From: Vicugna vicugna
Taxonomy: Eukaryota
Reading direction: 5' to 3'
DNA: 64,000 nucleotides
Assembly: GCA_013265495.1 (NCBI GenBank)
Contig: MU058453.1
Location: 1 to 64,000, forward strand
In this document: positions 25,336 through 39,439 of the stretch, in pieces
Position numbering within the stretch: the stretch's first letter is position 1
Layout: each line of letters begins with the position of its first letter
Position numbers and translations under genes: made by a program
The notes under the pieces: model-generated
Told to the model about the DNA's origin: nothing
What the model saw: the letters and a program-made list of their open reading frames with translations, nothing else
Database searches by the model: none

Positions 25336-27857
25336 TCCATGTAGGGCAGGACTGCATGAAGGACCACAAAGACAATGAGTTACTCATCACTTACTGAGGG
25401 CTGTGACTCATCGACCACACACGATACGTAAAACCTGAGACATACTCTTCTTCATGAGTTGTTAACCCTCCGTTCTTTAGACCAGCATTTTCCATAGGGT
25501 ATTAAGAAGTTTGGTAGGGAGTATCTTTGAAATAATCATGTATTTCCCCCCCCCCATTATTTCTTGCCTCTATCTTACCCCATCTTAAGCTGTCTTAAGA
25601 GACACATCATTTCCTCAGAGAACAGAAGTTACACAAGAATATGAGGAATAACAGAGCTGTTTGTTGCCTGTGAGTTTTAAACATTCAGTTTTGTAGGAAA
25701 CAAAAACACTTCATGGCATTAAGATTCAGGTGGGAATCTCATGGGGAAAGCCCCCAACAATGAGGCGTATAGGACATTTGCACCATTTCCCGAATAGAAA
25801 CCAAGAGAAATCAGGAAGCCCTCACAGAACAGCTAAATCGCATCTCTAGGACAGAGCCTGGTAGAGGCACACAGAACTTCTTGCACCTCAACATGGAACA
25901 GATCAGTGAAATGATTCCATCAATCTGAGAACAGTAGGGAAGGAATAAAGTCACTGGACGTGATGACACATGTCCCAGCAACAGTTGTGCAGGCCAGCTC
26001 CCCAGGTCCAGACAGCAACTAGAAAAGCTCAGCAGGTGCCCAGTGTACACAGATGACACAGAGGGCCAGTAAGCGTCATTCCACATCCCACCACCTCCTA
26101 ACTCCTTGGCAGTAGAAGACTCGAAACAACAGACACACTCATGGAGAAAACGGAGAGACCTTGCATGGCTACCAATTTGGGAACAAAGTATTAAGCTGTA
26201 AATCAAGTGAGTTATTTAAAATTGTAGACCAGTCCCCATCTTACATAAATCAGTTCGTAGACAGACTGGCACAAGTATATGGGATATGTGGTCCCCGCAT
26301 TATTTTCCTAGACAGTGTTCCGTGGTCAAATAGGTTTGGGAAATGCTGTCTTTTCCTTCAGAACATCAAAATGCCCATTAAAATATTAATGTTTCAGAGA
26401 AGACCCACAGTAAAGAAACCCAGTATTTTCCCCATTGATTTGACCTGGGAGAGCCTTTTGGAGAAACTCTGTTCATGAGTGATCCTGGAAAGACATATCA
26501 GTAAGCACTGCTCTCAATTTAACTTAAGTCATAATTTAACTTACTCACCTACTCAAAAACCTTCAATGAGTTTCAATGGAATTTTAGACTTGGTTTTCAG
26601 AAAAATTTCTATTTTAAGAGCCTCCACAATGCAACCTGCCCTAGTCATCAGTTGTCAGTGTTTTCCTGTGTAGCTTCCTTTCCTTTAGCTCATCAAACTC
26701 TTCACTCTCCTGAACAAGATACATTCTTGTTACCAAGTATAATTCTCAACTCCCCAGGGTCTCTACGTGCCCACAAACTAGATGGCCATGTGGGTTCTAC
26801 TCTCCCAGAAATGTCCCAACGCTGCCCCTGACCATTCCAGCTCAAAGTAGCTGTTCTTTGATAATGCAGGAGCATGTCACCCTGTTACAAGTCAGCTTCT
26901 ATGGTGCTTTGCCCCAGCAGGAATTATGTCAGTATGTTTACACATCATTTAACAAATCTAAATTCCTGTGGTGAATGATAGTATTTTGCATTAGTTTTAT
27001 ATTACTTCCAGTGGCTGGCTAAATGTCTACCTCTAAAAATGAATGAACATGCGCACTTTTCTGAGTGTAGAAACTTCACATACGTTGTGAATGACTTTGG
27101 GAATGACTGCAAATTTTAAACTAAAGAGGTAGAACCCAGCCCACATGGAATTTCAGTGCGCAGCAATAAGACATCAGTTTGACTAAGTTAGTTTGTTAGA
27201 GAGCACCTCACAGTGTTCACTATTCACAAGTCCTGGGACGTAGTATTCCTATTCATCATGTAAAAAATGTGGTATTGGTGTGATGTATTTTGGGAAGAAC
27301 TGCATGTGTGTGTGAAATTTCTTTAAAACAGCAACAATTCCATAATCAAAGGGACAAAAACCGTAGCTGGACAATGCACCCGTCAATTGTTGGGCCAAGA
27401 AAGACATGCAAAAGTCCCTCAAATCTGAAAAGGAGAAAGAAATCACAGTACATAAAGAAAAGCTGAAATTCAACTAATTTGTCCAATGCAAGTCCTACAG
27501 GATATTCTTGCCATGGGAACATAGTTAATAAATGTTCCTTTCACCCTCAGGATACTCAAGCACAATACATCCTGGAAAAGTCAATTTACTAATTTTATGA
27601 AAGATGCTACAGACTGATAAACTGTAAAAGGATCAAACTGTCTAATCTAGAATGAATGTAATGCAATTAGACTTTCTGATATTGGACTTTATCACTGCTC
27701 CTAAGATCTGTGTAATCTTCCCTCAACCTGCACTTCGTGGTGTAATTAAGGTTAAAAATTCTGAAAATTGTATTCCAGAAAGAAAGCTATTCATTGCCTA
27801 CCTTTATTTGAGAAAACTACTTTTCTCCATGGTCATTAATTACTGTGATATACTGAA

Positions 27858-27975
27858 TGGTATATATGCACATATATATATGTATGTGTGTGTATATATA
27901 TATGTTCCATTCAATATATACATTTACATGTTATAAAATATGTATTACACATAAATATATTTATATTTATTTACA
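27858..27975. repeat. (TA)n/(TG)n low-complexity tract
   Basis: tatatatgcacatatatatatgtatgtgtgtgtatatatatatg... Confidence 0.85.
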
Positions 27976-29043
27976 CACTCAACTTTTCATTCCATAAAAG
28001 CAACATTTAAGAATTTGGGGTATAGAGTATGTAGTTGTACAAAAAGCCGTCTTTNNNNNNNNNNNNNNNNNNNNNNNNNNNNNNNNNNNNNNNNNNNNNN
28101 NNNNNNNNNNAACTCCTTCTGGCCAAATAAGCCACTAAGTATTCTAAACATCTGTAATGAAATGTGACTGTTTTCCCCTTTTACGCTTTTCATGCTCACA
28201 ACATACCTGGCACTAGGAAGAAAGTGATTTCTTTTCGGCCTTGGACCTAAATGGCAGTATTCATTCGCTTGCCTTAGTCTTCCCAGAGAATAAAACCATT
28301 CTTTTGTCATGTGAAAGAAACATTAGCAAACAAAATTCTGAAGAGAGATACAATTCCGGAAAATGGAAAAAGAAACTACTTTGTAACAGTGGGGGTTTTT
28401 CCAAAACGTAAAGGAATGAGACTAGTTGGGGGGTGGTGGGAGGTGTTGGCACCAGCCCAATCTGGCCTGGCCACAAGGTCAGCCTTCAGGGGGGATCGGC
28501 AACCAGGATCCTCACCACCCACCCGAGCCACCCCCTCCACACTTACCGATCCCTTGACTGCTCATTCCTTCAACAAAAGCGACTCAGCTCAGCTGGGAGC
28601 AGCGAAACTGCAGGTGGACCTGCCCTGGGCAGGGGGAGGGCCTGTGGGGGGTGGGGGCGGCTGGGGTCAGTCTGGGGAACAAAGGAGTCTAACTCGGGAT
28701 TCAAGCAGGGACAGGGCAGAGCCTGGGGACTTGGGGACACAGACAGACATTTGACGAGTGATGGTCCATCCTTGCACCCATCAAGACAAGGCTTGTCACT
28801 GCACTGGGGACAGGGAAGGCACGGATCCCAAGGCCAGGTCCCCCCAATGTTGGCTGTGTTGGAGGCATAGACACTGGCAGCGGACTCTGAGGGCTTCTCA
28901 GGTTTCCTCTGCCGGAAGGGCACCTAGGAGTGCTTGAGAGGAGCTGAGGCCTCACCTGCCTGCACACCTGGCTGCCTTGGGGAGTGTGTGGAAGGGCAAG
29001 GCGGCCAGGTTCTGGGGGGATTTGGGAGGGGCAGCCCCAGGCT

Positions 29044-29572
29044 TGCTGATGGACAGAGTGTCCTGCTAACTAGACTGGCACTCGCCATCTGCCTCTACAA
29101 AGAATGGGTCATGCTGCCACATGCCATCTAACTCTGTTTGGATTCAACTGTGAGCCACTGCAGCCTCTGACCTCCAACATACCCTGAAAGGAGTTCAGGA
29201 TGGAGGTCAGGAATGAGGGGCTCTGTGCTCTGGGAACACTGGTGGAACAGGCCTTCAGATAGTTAGATGTTTTCATGAGATTTTATGAGCCCAAATCCTT
29301 GTGTGTCCTCCAATCTAGAGAAACACTAAATTCATCAACGGTGACAACCGCTCCCCCTGATGAGGAGCTAGCCTCTGCCTAGGTGTGTGCTTGACCGCAC
29401 ACACAACCCCCTCTTCACTGAAATCACATTGAACACTCTGCTCTCCCCTGCCTCCTCCGAACAGCTTCTCACAACTATCTGGGATGTTGTCTCCGGGGCT
29501 AAAGTCCTCACTTTGACCCCAATAAAACTTAGCGCACAACCCTCACGTTGTGTGGTTTTATTTTAGTCGACA
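29044..29572 (+). mobile_element. Solo ERV LTR (~530 bp)
   Basis: TG start, AATAAA at 29521, end ...ttttagtcgaCA; lower GC than the flanks. No clean target-site duplication seen. Confidence 0.7.
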
Positions 29573-32500
29573 GTCCCTAAATATACTCACCTGTGGGGCC
29601 ATGGGGCTCCACAGGCTTTTGGCGCCCAGCCCAGGAGACACCAGAGGAAGGAGGGGCGGGGAACTGGGTGCCCCCCGGAAGGTGTCCCCTGATCAGGCAG
29701 GATTGGCTCCCTGGAAGTGGATGGTCAGCAATGTGGGCAGGGGGTGAGTTCGGTGGAAGCGGGAACAGAGGACGCGCAGACTCCGAGGTCTGATGCCCTC
29801 ACTCTCCGAGGCCCTTCAATTCCCGCCGACCCCCTGCCCTACCCGCCTGTTACCACAGTCCCGACTCCCAGCCCCGTTACCTCTGGCTGGTGCCTGCAGC
29901 CTGGCAGGTTTCCAGACAGCACTGGCAGGTCTACGTGGCACCAGGCTGATCGCTGCCGGCCACCTCCTGGGAGGAGACCAGGCCAGGCTGCTGGGTGCCC
30001 CGCAGGGCTCCTGCTCTGGGCACTAATTAGCTTATCAGTCTCCCAGAGGAGGGGAGGGCAAGGGGTGCTGCCCCCTCTCCTGAGGGGTTCAGCCAGGATC
30101 TACCCCTACAGCCTCAAGCCACGAAGGGCACCAAGAGGCCTCTACCCCAGGTCCAGAGAACCAGCCTCTCGGGCTGGCAGCCCAGGAGGCGGGCAGCTGC
30201 TGGGCTCAATCAGAACCTGCAGTACAGCAACACAGTCCCCCGGCCTCGGCCTCTACCCTATCCAGTGTCCCCTGTCTCCCTAGGCCCTGGTGACCGGAAT
30301 CAGGGGAGCACGCACGGACTCCTGACCTCCAGCACATGGACAGGAAGCTTCTCCTTGCCCCCTCCCCCATCTCAACATTAACAGCTCCCTGTGCATTTTA
30401 TCATTTAATCTTGGAAATAATCCACACCTCAGCTGTGTAGATATAGAAACTGAGGCTCAGAGAGGTGGTAGGAGTGTCGGACACCACACAGAAAGACAGC
30501 AGGAGGGCCAGGATTCCAGTTTTTATCTCTCTGACCACCTCACATCCCCTCCACCCTGCCAAAGCCTCCAATATCTGAGCTGTGAAATCAGAACTGGGAA
30601 ACAGACCTGAAAGGGACCCTCAAGCAAGGTGGAGGGGGGCCTCCCTAAGGCCCTTTCCACATCAGGACAGAGCCCCATCAACGGAGGCTTCCCAGGTCAT
30701 TTGCAGAGCTTTCCAGGCTTCCCTGGGCATCAGCCAGGGACTGGCCCCAAGCAAGACATGTGGGTTGTGGTCTCTGACCGGAGGACCCTCACTTGTATCT
30801 TACACACACCCTGACCTGGCAAAGGTCAGGGGTCCCTCGGCCCTCCTTCTTTCAGTTAGATCTCTAGGACACATCCTCTTATACTCACAACATCTGGAAG
30901 TTCTTCCCCATGTCTGACTGCAATCCTCCCTGCTGCAGGGGACACCTATTACCATCTCTGCAACACAAGCAGCTCCTTCCTTCCTCGGGCACACAGGGAC
31001 TGCTCCCACATGTGGGAGACCATTTGCTGCCTCTTGTTTGAACTTCAGAAACTTGGAATACCTGGGTCTCAGATCCAGGCCCCCACTCCTGGGCTCAGAT
31101 CTGAGGGATCTAGGTCAGTGACATCTGCTCTTCCCTACTCCCCAGGTCCAGGGTGACAGAAGGAGCTGAGCCAAGGGCCCCTCCCAGCACCAGAAGTGGG
31201 GAGACCCTCCCTGACTGAGTTGAGGGGAGGTTGCAGGGGTCCCCGGACCCCTCAAATCAGAATTCCCAGAGAAGACGCTGTGCCTTCCCCATCAGACCAA
31301 GGTTTCCAGGAAGGCCCAGCCACTGCCCACCCGTATGCAGGCCACCAGTTCCTCACCACAGGCTCTTCACACCCCACTGTGGCCAAAGCCCCCATGTCAC
31401 CAAACCCCAGGCAAAACCACCTGTCCCTTTCGCTCCACTTCTGAGCTCTTCTTCTGCCCTCAGTCAGCACCCTAGGGCCTGACCCTGAGCTGAGACCCGA
31501 GTTTCCTCTGCCGCTCCCCATCCCTCGGATCCCTTGGTCAGACCTGAATGCATCAAGCAATCTCCTTCCACACCCACATGATCCTCGTCGACCCACCTCG
31601 CTCCCTGAACAGCCGGCCTCCCGATCCCACATCCCCCCATGCCAAGTTGTCCTTGAGAGCATGTTAGGCCTGTCACTGCCATGGTAAGCTGCCCCTCTGG
31701 TAGCTGTCTGAGGCCTGCACACCTGCCGGCTGCATACCACCCATGGGTCCTCCCACCTCTGCCCAGTTCTCCCACTACGTGATGGCCTTATGCTCCTGCT
31801 GGCGTTCTCCTCTGGGAGGGGGGGAACAGGAACCTGGTTTGCAAACCCCGCTGTCTTAACCCCAGTAGGGGCAGAGTGCCCAGCCAACATTTGCTATGGG
31901 GGACAAGTGAGGCCCACAGCCGGGCAGCATGGACCCCCTCTGCCCCTCCAAACTGGCCGCAACCTCCAAAAACCCGCCCTCCTCCCTCCCACTCACACCC
32001 ATAGACCCATCAGCAGCCAGCATTCCTGTCAAAATGCACCAAGACTCCCATGGCTGTTTTCCATTCCGTGGCCACCACCCTGGTGGGACCCACTGCCGGC
32101 CTCCGCCCTGCCTGCTTCTGCCTGTCCCCAGCACAGGGCCATCAGTGGAAATATGCCAGGACACATGCCCTGCTCAAAACCTTCCTGCTGCTCCCTCCTT
32201 ATTCAGAAAAAAGGTCATGCTGCTCTCAGGGATCCCACAGGCCCCAGGGACTGGCCCACCTTCCCTGACCCTCCCCACTTCCCCCCTAGAGTACACCCGT
32301 CCAGCCACACTCAGACGGGGAACCCCAGCTCCCTGCAATCCCGCCCTCGGAGACCTGACTCATTCTGACTTCAGCCCCTGTGCGGGGCCACAGCCTTATC
32401 CTGGTGTTCCAGGTGAGGTCGCTTAGAGAAAGCAGCCTGGCTTCTGTCACCAGCTGCCAGAGGAGAGTAGCCTGGCCCACACCGAGCTCAGAATGCCCCC

Positions 32501-33140
32501 CCAGGGGACCTCCGCTGGGGCCCTGGTGTGTCAGAGCCTGGGAGGAGGCTCAGCCTGCGGCTCCCCTGCCGCTCTGCTCCCTGCATTACTCCCTGCTGGT
32601 CCAGCCCAGCCCCAGGAGGGGAAACTGGACAGCCAAGGCCACTGCTGGCCACTCAGGGCCGAAGTGTCTCCCCTGTGAAGTTAGCACACATCTTGACCCC
32701 ACGTGCTGCTCAGGGAGACCACAGTATACAGGGCTCAGCACAGGGCCTGGCACGCTCATGGGAGATCAAGGGACAGTAACACAGACTGTGCATGCAGAGT
32801 GCAGCCTACCTGCCTGCCCACTGAGCCTGGGCATTCAGGATGCCTCCTGTAGGACCATGAAGCAGGTCTTAGTATAGGACTGTGTGCATCAGGGCCCCCT
32901 GGGGTTTCATGGGCTAACTCACACTGGAGTGGGAAGGCATCATATGTGTCCTCCCACACAGCACAAAGAAGCAAGGGTGGGTGCAGCTGTTCCCACTGAG
33001 GCAACAGGGAGTGGGCAACGTGTCTCTGTAGGCAGGGGCTTCTAGGAGAGCCTCAAAACTCCTCCGCTGGGCCTTTGGGCTCCTGGGACTGGCATCTCAA
33101 GGACAGGAGTCCCCCACGATACCCACCCCTCAGTCCTCAC

Positions 33141-33242
33141 CTGTGGCATTGTGAGGACACCAGACTGCGGCCACCCCTCTGGCCAGGACCTCCTTCCAGA
33201 GCACAGCACCGAAGCTGTCCTCGTCACAGATCTCACAGGGCT
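33141..33242 (-). pseudogene. ADGRB1: ADGRB1/BAI1-derived exon relic (HormR domain start), 102 nt, open frame
   Basis: ctggcag|AG CCC...ACA G|gtgagg; [35 protein letters not shown] versus BAI1 [35 protein letters not shown]. Confidence 0.9.
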
Positions 33243-33446
33243 CTGCCAGGGGGCCAGGGACATGAGTGGGGGTGGGTACAGGAAGAGGGGTGGAGAACTG
33301 GCAGCAGGGCCAGGAAGGCCAAGGCCCCTCCAGGAAATCCACCGTCACAAGGGGGAGTCATTTCCCAGGACAGCTGAGCCCCAAGCCCACCCAGTCTCTC
33401 AGGATGCCCCTCTCCAGAGTCCAGCTATAGAGTGGGGGACCCTCAC

Positions 33447-33610
33447 TGGGACATCGCTGGGTGCTGCATTGCTGGTGCTCATCTTGGGGACTCTGGCTGG
33501 CTGCTCCCCCAAAGAAGGGCCCCAAGCAGGCACGCGCCCACTGCTGTGTGCCACTACCACGTGACACTGCGTTTGCACCCCCCGACGCCCAGGCTGCCAC
33601 TTCCCATCCA
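33447..33610 (-). pseudogene. ADGRB1: ADGRB1-derived exon relic, last TSP1 repeat, frameshifted (164 nt)
   Basis: VDGKWQ, then a 1-nt loss, then WASGG...[28 protein letters not shown]; cag acceptor and gtgagg donor retained. Confidence 0.9.
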
Positions 33611-33934
33611 CTGCTGATGCCATCAAGCACAAAGGACCAGCAATGGGGACAAGGAAGGTACAGGTACATGAGCCACAGGGATGCAGACACAGGGAAGAAG
33701 GGGCAGAAAGCCATGAGAAGAAACTGAGACCCCAAGAGTGGGGGCCAAGCTTACCTCGATACAGGATAAAACATATGCCTCACACGCACTCATCCCCTCA
33801 CCATCACCCCACTGCCCCCGGCATCGCCAGGGACACTGCAGTGTCCCACAATCAGGCCCCACAGGATCTAGAACCCCCTCGTGGCTCATGTCCACCAGGT
33901 CGCCCACCCACAGGTCCCTCGACGCGGCCCTGAC

Positions 33935-34069
33935 CTGGGCACTGCTGCAGGAAACAGTCTCCAGTTTCCATGCAGTGGCCCTGGCACTTGGTGCCCCTGT
34001 ACTAAGACCCACTGCACTCTCGTGTGCCCTGCTGCCACCCAGGAAGCAACTGGCAGAGCACAGGCTCCA
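33935..34069 (-). pseudogene. ADGRB1: ADGRB1-derived exon relic, fourth TSP1 repeat; 5'-truncated, with frameshift and TAG
   Basis: WSLCSASCFLG / [33 protein letters not shown] G|gtcagg. Confidence 0.88.
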
Positions 34070-37000
34070 TCTTGTCTTTCAGAGGATGATCCCTCCCAAG
34101 CAGGGATCTAGGACACAGCATCCTGGTGGTCAGAAGGAGAGTGTGGGCCTAGACTGAATTAGTAATGGGGTGTGACGCAGAGGCCGGCCGGACAGGGAAG
34201 GGCAGAGATGCCAGGGAAGTTGGGGTCCGGTCCCCACCCAATTTCCCCCTGGAGGCCTTTGGTGCCTTCCAGTTCTGTCTACAGGCAGCTGGGGCAGAGT
34301 CTGCACTGGCTTTGCATCCAGGTCCGCAGTGTAGAGACTAGAAACAGAGCTGGAGCCCCAGCTAGGTCTAAAAAGCGAATGAACGAATGAACAAAAGACA
34401 CCCCCGCCCATCCCAGCACTGCCTTACAGAACAGGGGCCCCGCGATGGGGTTGAGGATGGTGCTCGGGCTCTTTCCTGGGCACAGGTCCTCACGCCCTGC
34501 TGCCCTCTCCCCGTGGTCCTTGGTCCAGATTCCTCTGAGCCTCAGTCTCCTCCTCATCCCACTCCTCCCCCAGCCATGACCCATGAGCTCTTTCTTCCAC
34601 ACCCCCCAGGGACAGCACGAGTGATCAAGTCTCAATAGCTGCTGGCTGAGCACCAGGCTAAGCCTCCCCCACACCCAGCAGACTGGCTGCTGAGGGCCTC
34701 CAGGCCCCTCCGGCCACCCGCCTTCAGCCCTCTCCTGGGTCTTCTCCATCCTGGCCCTGTCCCCCCAGCAGTCATGACCTCATGCCCCCAAAGACCTGAG
34801 CCCCTTAGTAGCTCCAGTGCCACAGAGGACACGATGAGGGACAGCCCCTAGACACTGGGGAGCCATTGAGGAGTGAGGAGTGGAGAGGCCTCACATCCGG
34901 GGCCAGCACTCCAGGCCATGCTGATGGGCTCAGGAGGAGGCTGCTTCACCCAGGCTTTCTGTCCAAAGGCCACACTTGAGGTTTCTAGGTCACTCCCTCT
35001 GCGAGGGATCCTGGTGCCACCATCCTATTCATATTCATTCTCAGGGTCGCCCTGGGGCCCCCGCCCTCCCCGCAAAGCAGGGTCAGGGCAATCTCAACAA
35101 GGGCACGCAGCCTGACAAAGCACCAACTGTGGGCCAGGTTCAGGCCGGGCTGGGCACCCTGCATGTACTGACATGGCACCCACGTACCAGGAACCAAGGA
35201 GACGGCACTACCAAAGCCCAGCTCTGGGACCCACGAGAGATCTGGGCCACTGCCCCTCACCACCTACTCCCCCAGGGCTGAAGCAGGGGAGCCGGGCTGC
35301 CTGAGGGCAGGTCACATGTAGTCTGGCAAGATGGTCCCTGATGCCGCTTGGAGCCCGGCTTCTCTGTGGCCCCGGGGAGCAGATCCAGATCCATCTCCTG
35401 GGGTGAGAATGAGGACGGCACAGATCCCAGAGGGTGGGCTCTGGAGCCGAAGGGCCATGTTCACCGCTGTGGGCCCGTGAAGTACATCCCACCACGGCCT
35501 CAAACCCCTCATCTGAGGACGGACTGATGCCTGAAATGGTGGGAGATGACAGGTGTGGGCACGTTGCTGGGATCAGAGTTGATCCCAGGGAACCCACTTT
35601 ATTGATGGGCAGCAGGTTCAGTGTCCAGGTGCTCTGTTCTGGGGAGGGCGGCTAGAGACGTGCAGAGTCCCCTCCCAGCGGTCCCCGTGCCTGTGTTGGG
35701 AACTGACCATCAAGGGGGGGCCTGATGAATGAACCGGACACTAGAAAGGGACACCCCTAACTCCCCCAATTTGGAAGGCGGGGCTCCTTCTCCCTGCTGA
35801 GTGATGTGGCAACTGAGAATTTCACACCCCCCACGCCCTAGCAGAAACTTCTCCTCTCACAGAGCCCACCCTCCCATGGGTCCCACTTTCCCCTGAACCC
35901 AGAGGCAGAGCCCCTCTGCCAGACAAGGGATGGGTAGGAGGGGTGGCTGCAACCTTACGGGAGTGGGCGTGCACCGTGCTTGACCCCTGAGCTCCCAGCT
36001 GTGCAGCAGAGGCCCAGGGAGGACTTGCCAGGGAGGGCCGCAGGGCAGGGGCAGGGCTGAGTTCTGCATGAATCCTGACTATGCGGGGGCCGAGGGACCT
36101 GGTTTTGAGCCACGTCCTGGGTCTGGGCACGATGCCTTGTGATCCCACAAGGGAGACCTCTCTGCTCTCATTGTTCAGATGGGAAGACTTGAGCCTGCCC
36201 ACCTGAAGCGACGCCCTGCTTCCCCAATTGGGGAGGAGGCTGAGTTGGACTGGGCCCCACAATCTTCAAGGAAGATTGCTCTCCCCAAGGTTGGCTCTCT
36301 GGGTATAAACCTGGGCAAGGGAGTCCTGACTACCCCCTGCGCCTGCTCTGTGCTGGTAACCTCAGTACACAGAAGCCTTGAGTCTCAGTCCACCCAGGAA
36401 CCAAACGTTCACCCGCCTACAGCAGAGACAACTGAGGCTCAAAGAGGAAGGTCTGCCCTGGAGATGGTGTGGAGGCCCAAGTCTCAGAAGACAGGTGAAG
36501 CCAGGGTCTCAAGGATACTGCACAAACAGGACTTCACTCTGAACTGGGAATGTTGTGGAAAGACCCTGGGGGCCAGGGTGGAGGAGATGGGAAGCAGACC
36601 AGAGCCCGGGGGAAGGCAGGGAGCCCCAGGAATGCCTCCATGCCCTCGGCACAGGGCAGGGGAGCAGCTCTGAAGATATGACAGCCGAGGCTGCCCAGGG
36701 GGCCTTCATCACTACCACTTTGCTCGGATGACCTCAACAGCCCCATGACCACACCCACTTGGCAGATGCAGACAGAGACACCAAGTTATCCACCAGGCTG
36801 ACAAGGAGAGGAGCTGGGATCAAATCCAGGATCAGATTCCAAGTGCTCCGCTCGCTGGCCCCAGACTAAGCCTGCCTGCCAAAACCGACCACAGGGGCCC
36901 CCGCCTGGCACTCTATACCTCAGTGGTCTCCCCTGCTGAGCCATCCCATCCCATCCCATCACACTGAGACAAAAGCACAGAGGCCTGGGGTCCAGGAGGC

Positions 37001-39439
37001 AGAACTGGTAGCAGGGCCAGGGTGGGCACGTACTGCCCATCCCCCTTTGCTGCCCCAGCCCAGGTGTCAAGTGGAAGCCTGACTGACGTGGAAACTGGCA
37101 GTGGGTGGGAGAGACAGGATGCCCCTTAGTTTCCCTGGCAACTGCTGCAGAACTGAGTCTTTCAGGATAAATTCAAGTAAGGCCTCAGCTGCTGAAACAC
37201 CCATTATTTCAAGGCTGGTTACCTTGGTGACCCAGGTGGTGAGGACGTGGTGGGAGGAGGGGGTGCAGAGGAGGGGTCAGATCAGGAGAGGCCAGGCAGG
37301 GGACCACCGGCTCAGAGGACAGACTGACCCTCAGACCTAGACATGACCCTGGTCACACACTGAGCCTTGAATTTCATCACANNNNNNNNNNNNNNNNNNN
37401 NNNNNNNNNNNNNNNNNNNNNNNNNNNNNNNNNNNNNNNNNNNNNNNNNNNNNNNNNNNNNNNNNNNNNNNNNNNNNNNNNNNNNNNNNNNNNNNNNNNN
37501 NNNNNNNNNNNNNNNNNNNNNNNNNNNNNNNNNNNNNNNNNNNNNNNNNNNNNNNNNNNNNNNNNNNNNNNNNNNNNNNNNNNNNNNNNNNNNNNNNNNN
37601 NNNNNNNNNNNNNNNNNNNNNNNNNNNNNNNNNNNNNNNNNNNNNNNNNNNNNNNNNNNNNNNNNNNNNNNNNNNNNNNNNNNNNNNNNNNNNNNNNNNN
37701 NNNNNNNNNNNNNNNNNNNNNNNNNNNNNNNNNNNNNNNNNNNNNNNNNNNNNNNNNNNNNNNNNNNNNNNNNNNNNNNNNNNNNNNNNNNNNNNNNNNN
37801 NNNNNNNNNNNNNNNNNNNNNNNNNNNNNNNNNNNNNNNNNNNNNNNNNNNNNNNNNNNNNNNNNNNNNNNNNNNNNNNNNNNNNNNNNNNNNNNNNNNN
37901 NNNNCCCAGTCCCCAGTCCCCTCCACCCTAGCCCCCATGGGTCCTGACTTGGGCCATCTGTCCAGAGGCAGGAAAACGCAGAGAAGACTACCATGAGAGG
38001 GAGAGGGACACAGAGCTAAGAGGCCAGGAGAGCAGGAGAGCAGCTGCAGAGGTGCAGCCAGGCAGGGACAGAGGTGGATTACAGGGGACAGTTGCTCAGG
38101 CCCAACAAACACTTCCCAGCCAGATGCGTGATGTAGCCATGTGGCATTTTGACAGGACAGAGGCACAGGGCTAAAAACGGGCTACGTGTTGGCCTGGGCC
38201 TCCTGCTCGCTCGCAGCTGCGCTGGGGATGGAGGGACACATGTGACCCAGCCTCCCCTAACCAGTGTGAGGGGTGAAGCTCCCTGGCACAGGCTCAGCCA
38301 GCAAGATTTGGGGCAAGCACCTGCCTGTCTCATCTGTGTGTCTTCTGAATGACTGCTGGACCTCTCTGGTCTGCATACCACCCCACCCTGACACACACGT
38401 GTACACACATACACCCCACTCCCAGCAGAGTGCTGAGCAGGAGACACCCCAGGCGGGACCACCAGGTGACAAGAGCTGGTTCTGCCCTTTGTCTCCCCCT
38501 TGCAAGCTGTGCAACCCTGGCTGCTGCCTTAACTTCTCTGTATCTCATTCCACTACGTAAGTATTAATCCAGGCCTCCTGTGTGCCAGGTTTCATCAGCC
38601 AGCAAGGTAAACTCCTCTGACCTATTTGGGAGGGGCATACATTGTGGCAGGACAGAGAAAAAGGACACAGGAATTATCCAGTGTTCACAGGTGATGCCAT
38701 GTGGGATGGGAAAAAGACATGGGGTGCAGTGACAGTGTGGCTTGGGCTGCTGCCACTTCAAGCAGCATGGTCAGGGGGTCAGGATGGCCAGGGCACGAGC
38801 AACCTGAGGGAAGGGACCCTGTAGGTGTGTGGGTGACAGTGTTAAACCCCAGGGAACAGCCTGTGCAAAGGCCCTGTGCTGGCGGCTGCCTCTCTGAGGA
38901 GCCATCCCTGGGCTGCTGGGGGGTGTAAACTGTTTGACAGGCGATGCTTCCTGCACAAGGAGACACTTAGACGCGGTTGTGGTCACCACCACCAAGGTGA
39001 TGTTTACTCCCAAGGTCTCAGAGCATCAAGGCCTTCAGAGTCCCAGGCACGCACATGGGGGGTCTGAACTTCCCCTGGGCCCAGGTGACCGTGTCCTGTC
39101 CTGCAGCCAAGCTCCCTGCTTCACAACATGGCAGCCCCAGCTCATAGTCCCTGCGAGCTGTCTTCCCCCAAGGCCACCAGCCCTGCCACATAGCCTCGAC
39201 ACACGCTCTGTCACAAATGCTGAAATCGGCCTTCACACACACTCACGGTGAACTCGAGTACCTCCCACCCTCACACACATGCACAGAAGAATGCAGTGCA
39301 CACACGCACATACTGACATGCTGGAAGGGGGCAGGTGTGACCACGTGCACACACGTGCCCCATGCACTGCACACATTTACACACACACCTCGTGTGCACA
39401 CAACACCTTGGGGGAAGGAGAGGATCTGCCCCAGCCAAG

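Noticed and set aside
31540..31640. Faint minus-strand resemblance to an ADGRB1 GAIN-domain exon (ctgttcagg...gatgcattcaggtc)
   Set aside because: Too weak, no consistent frame or splice sites; cannot be supported by eye.
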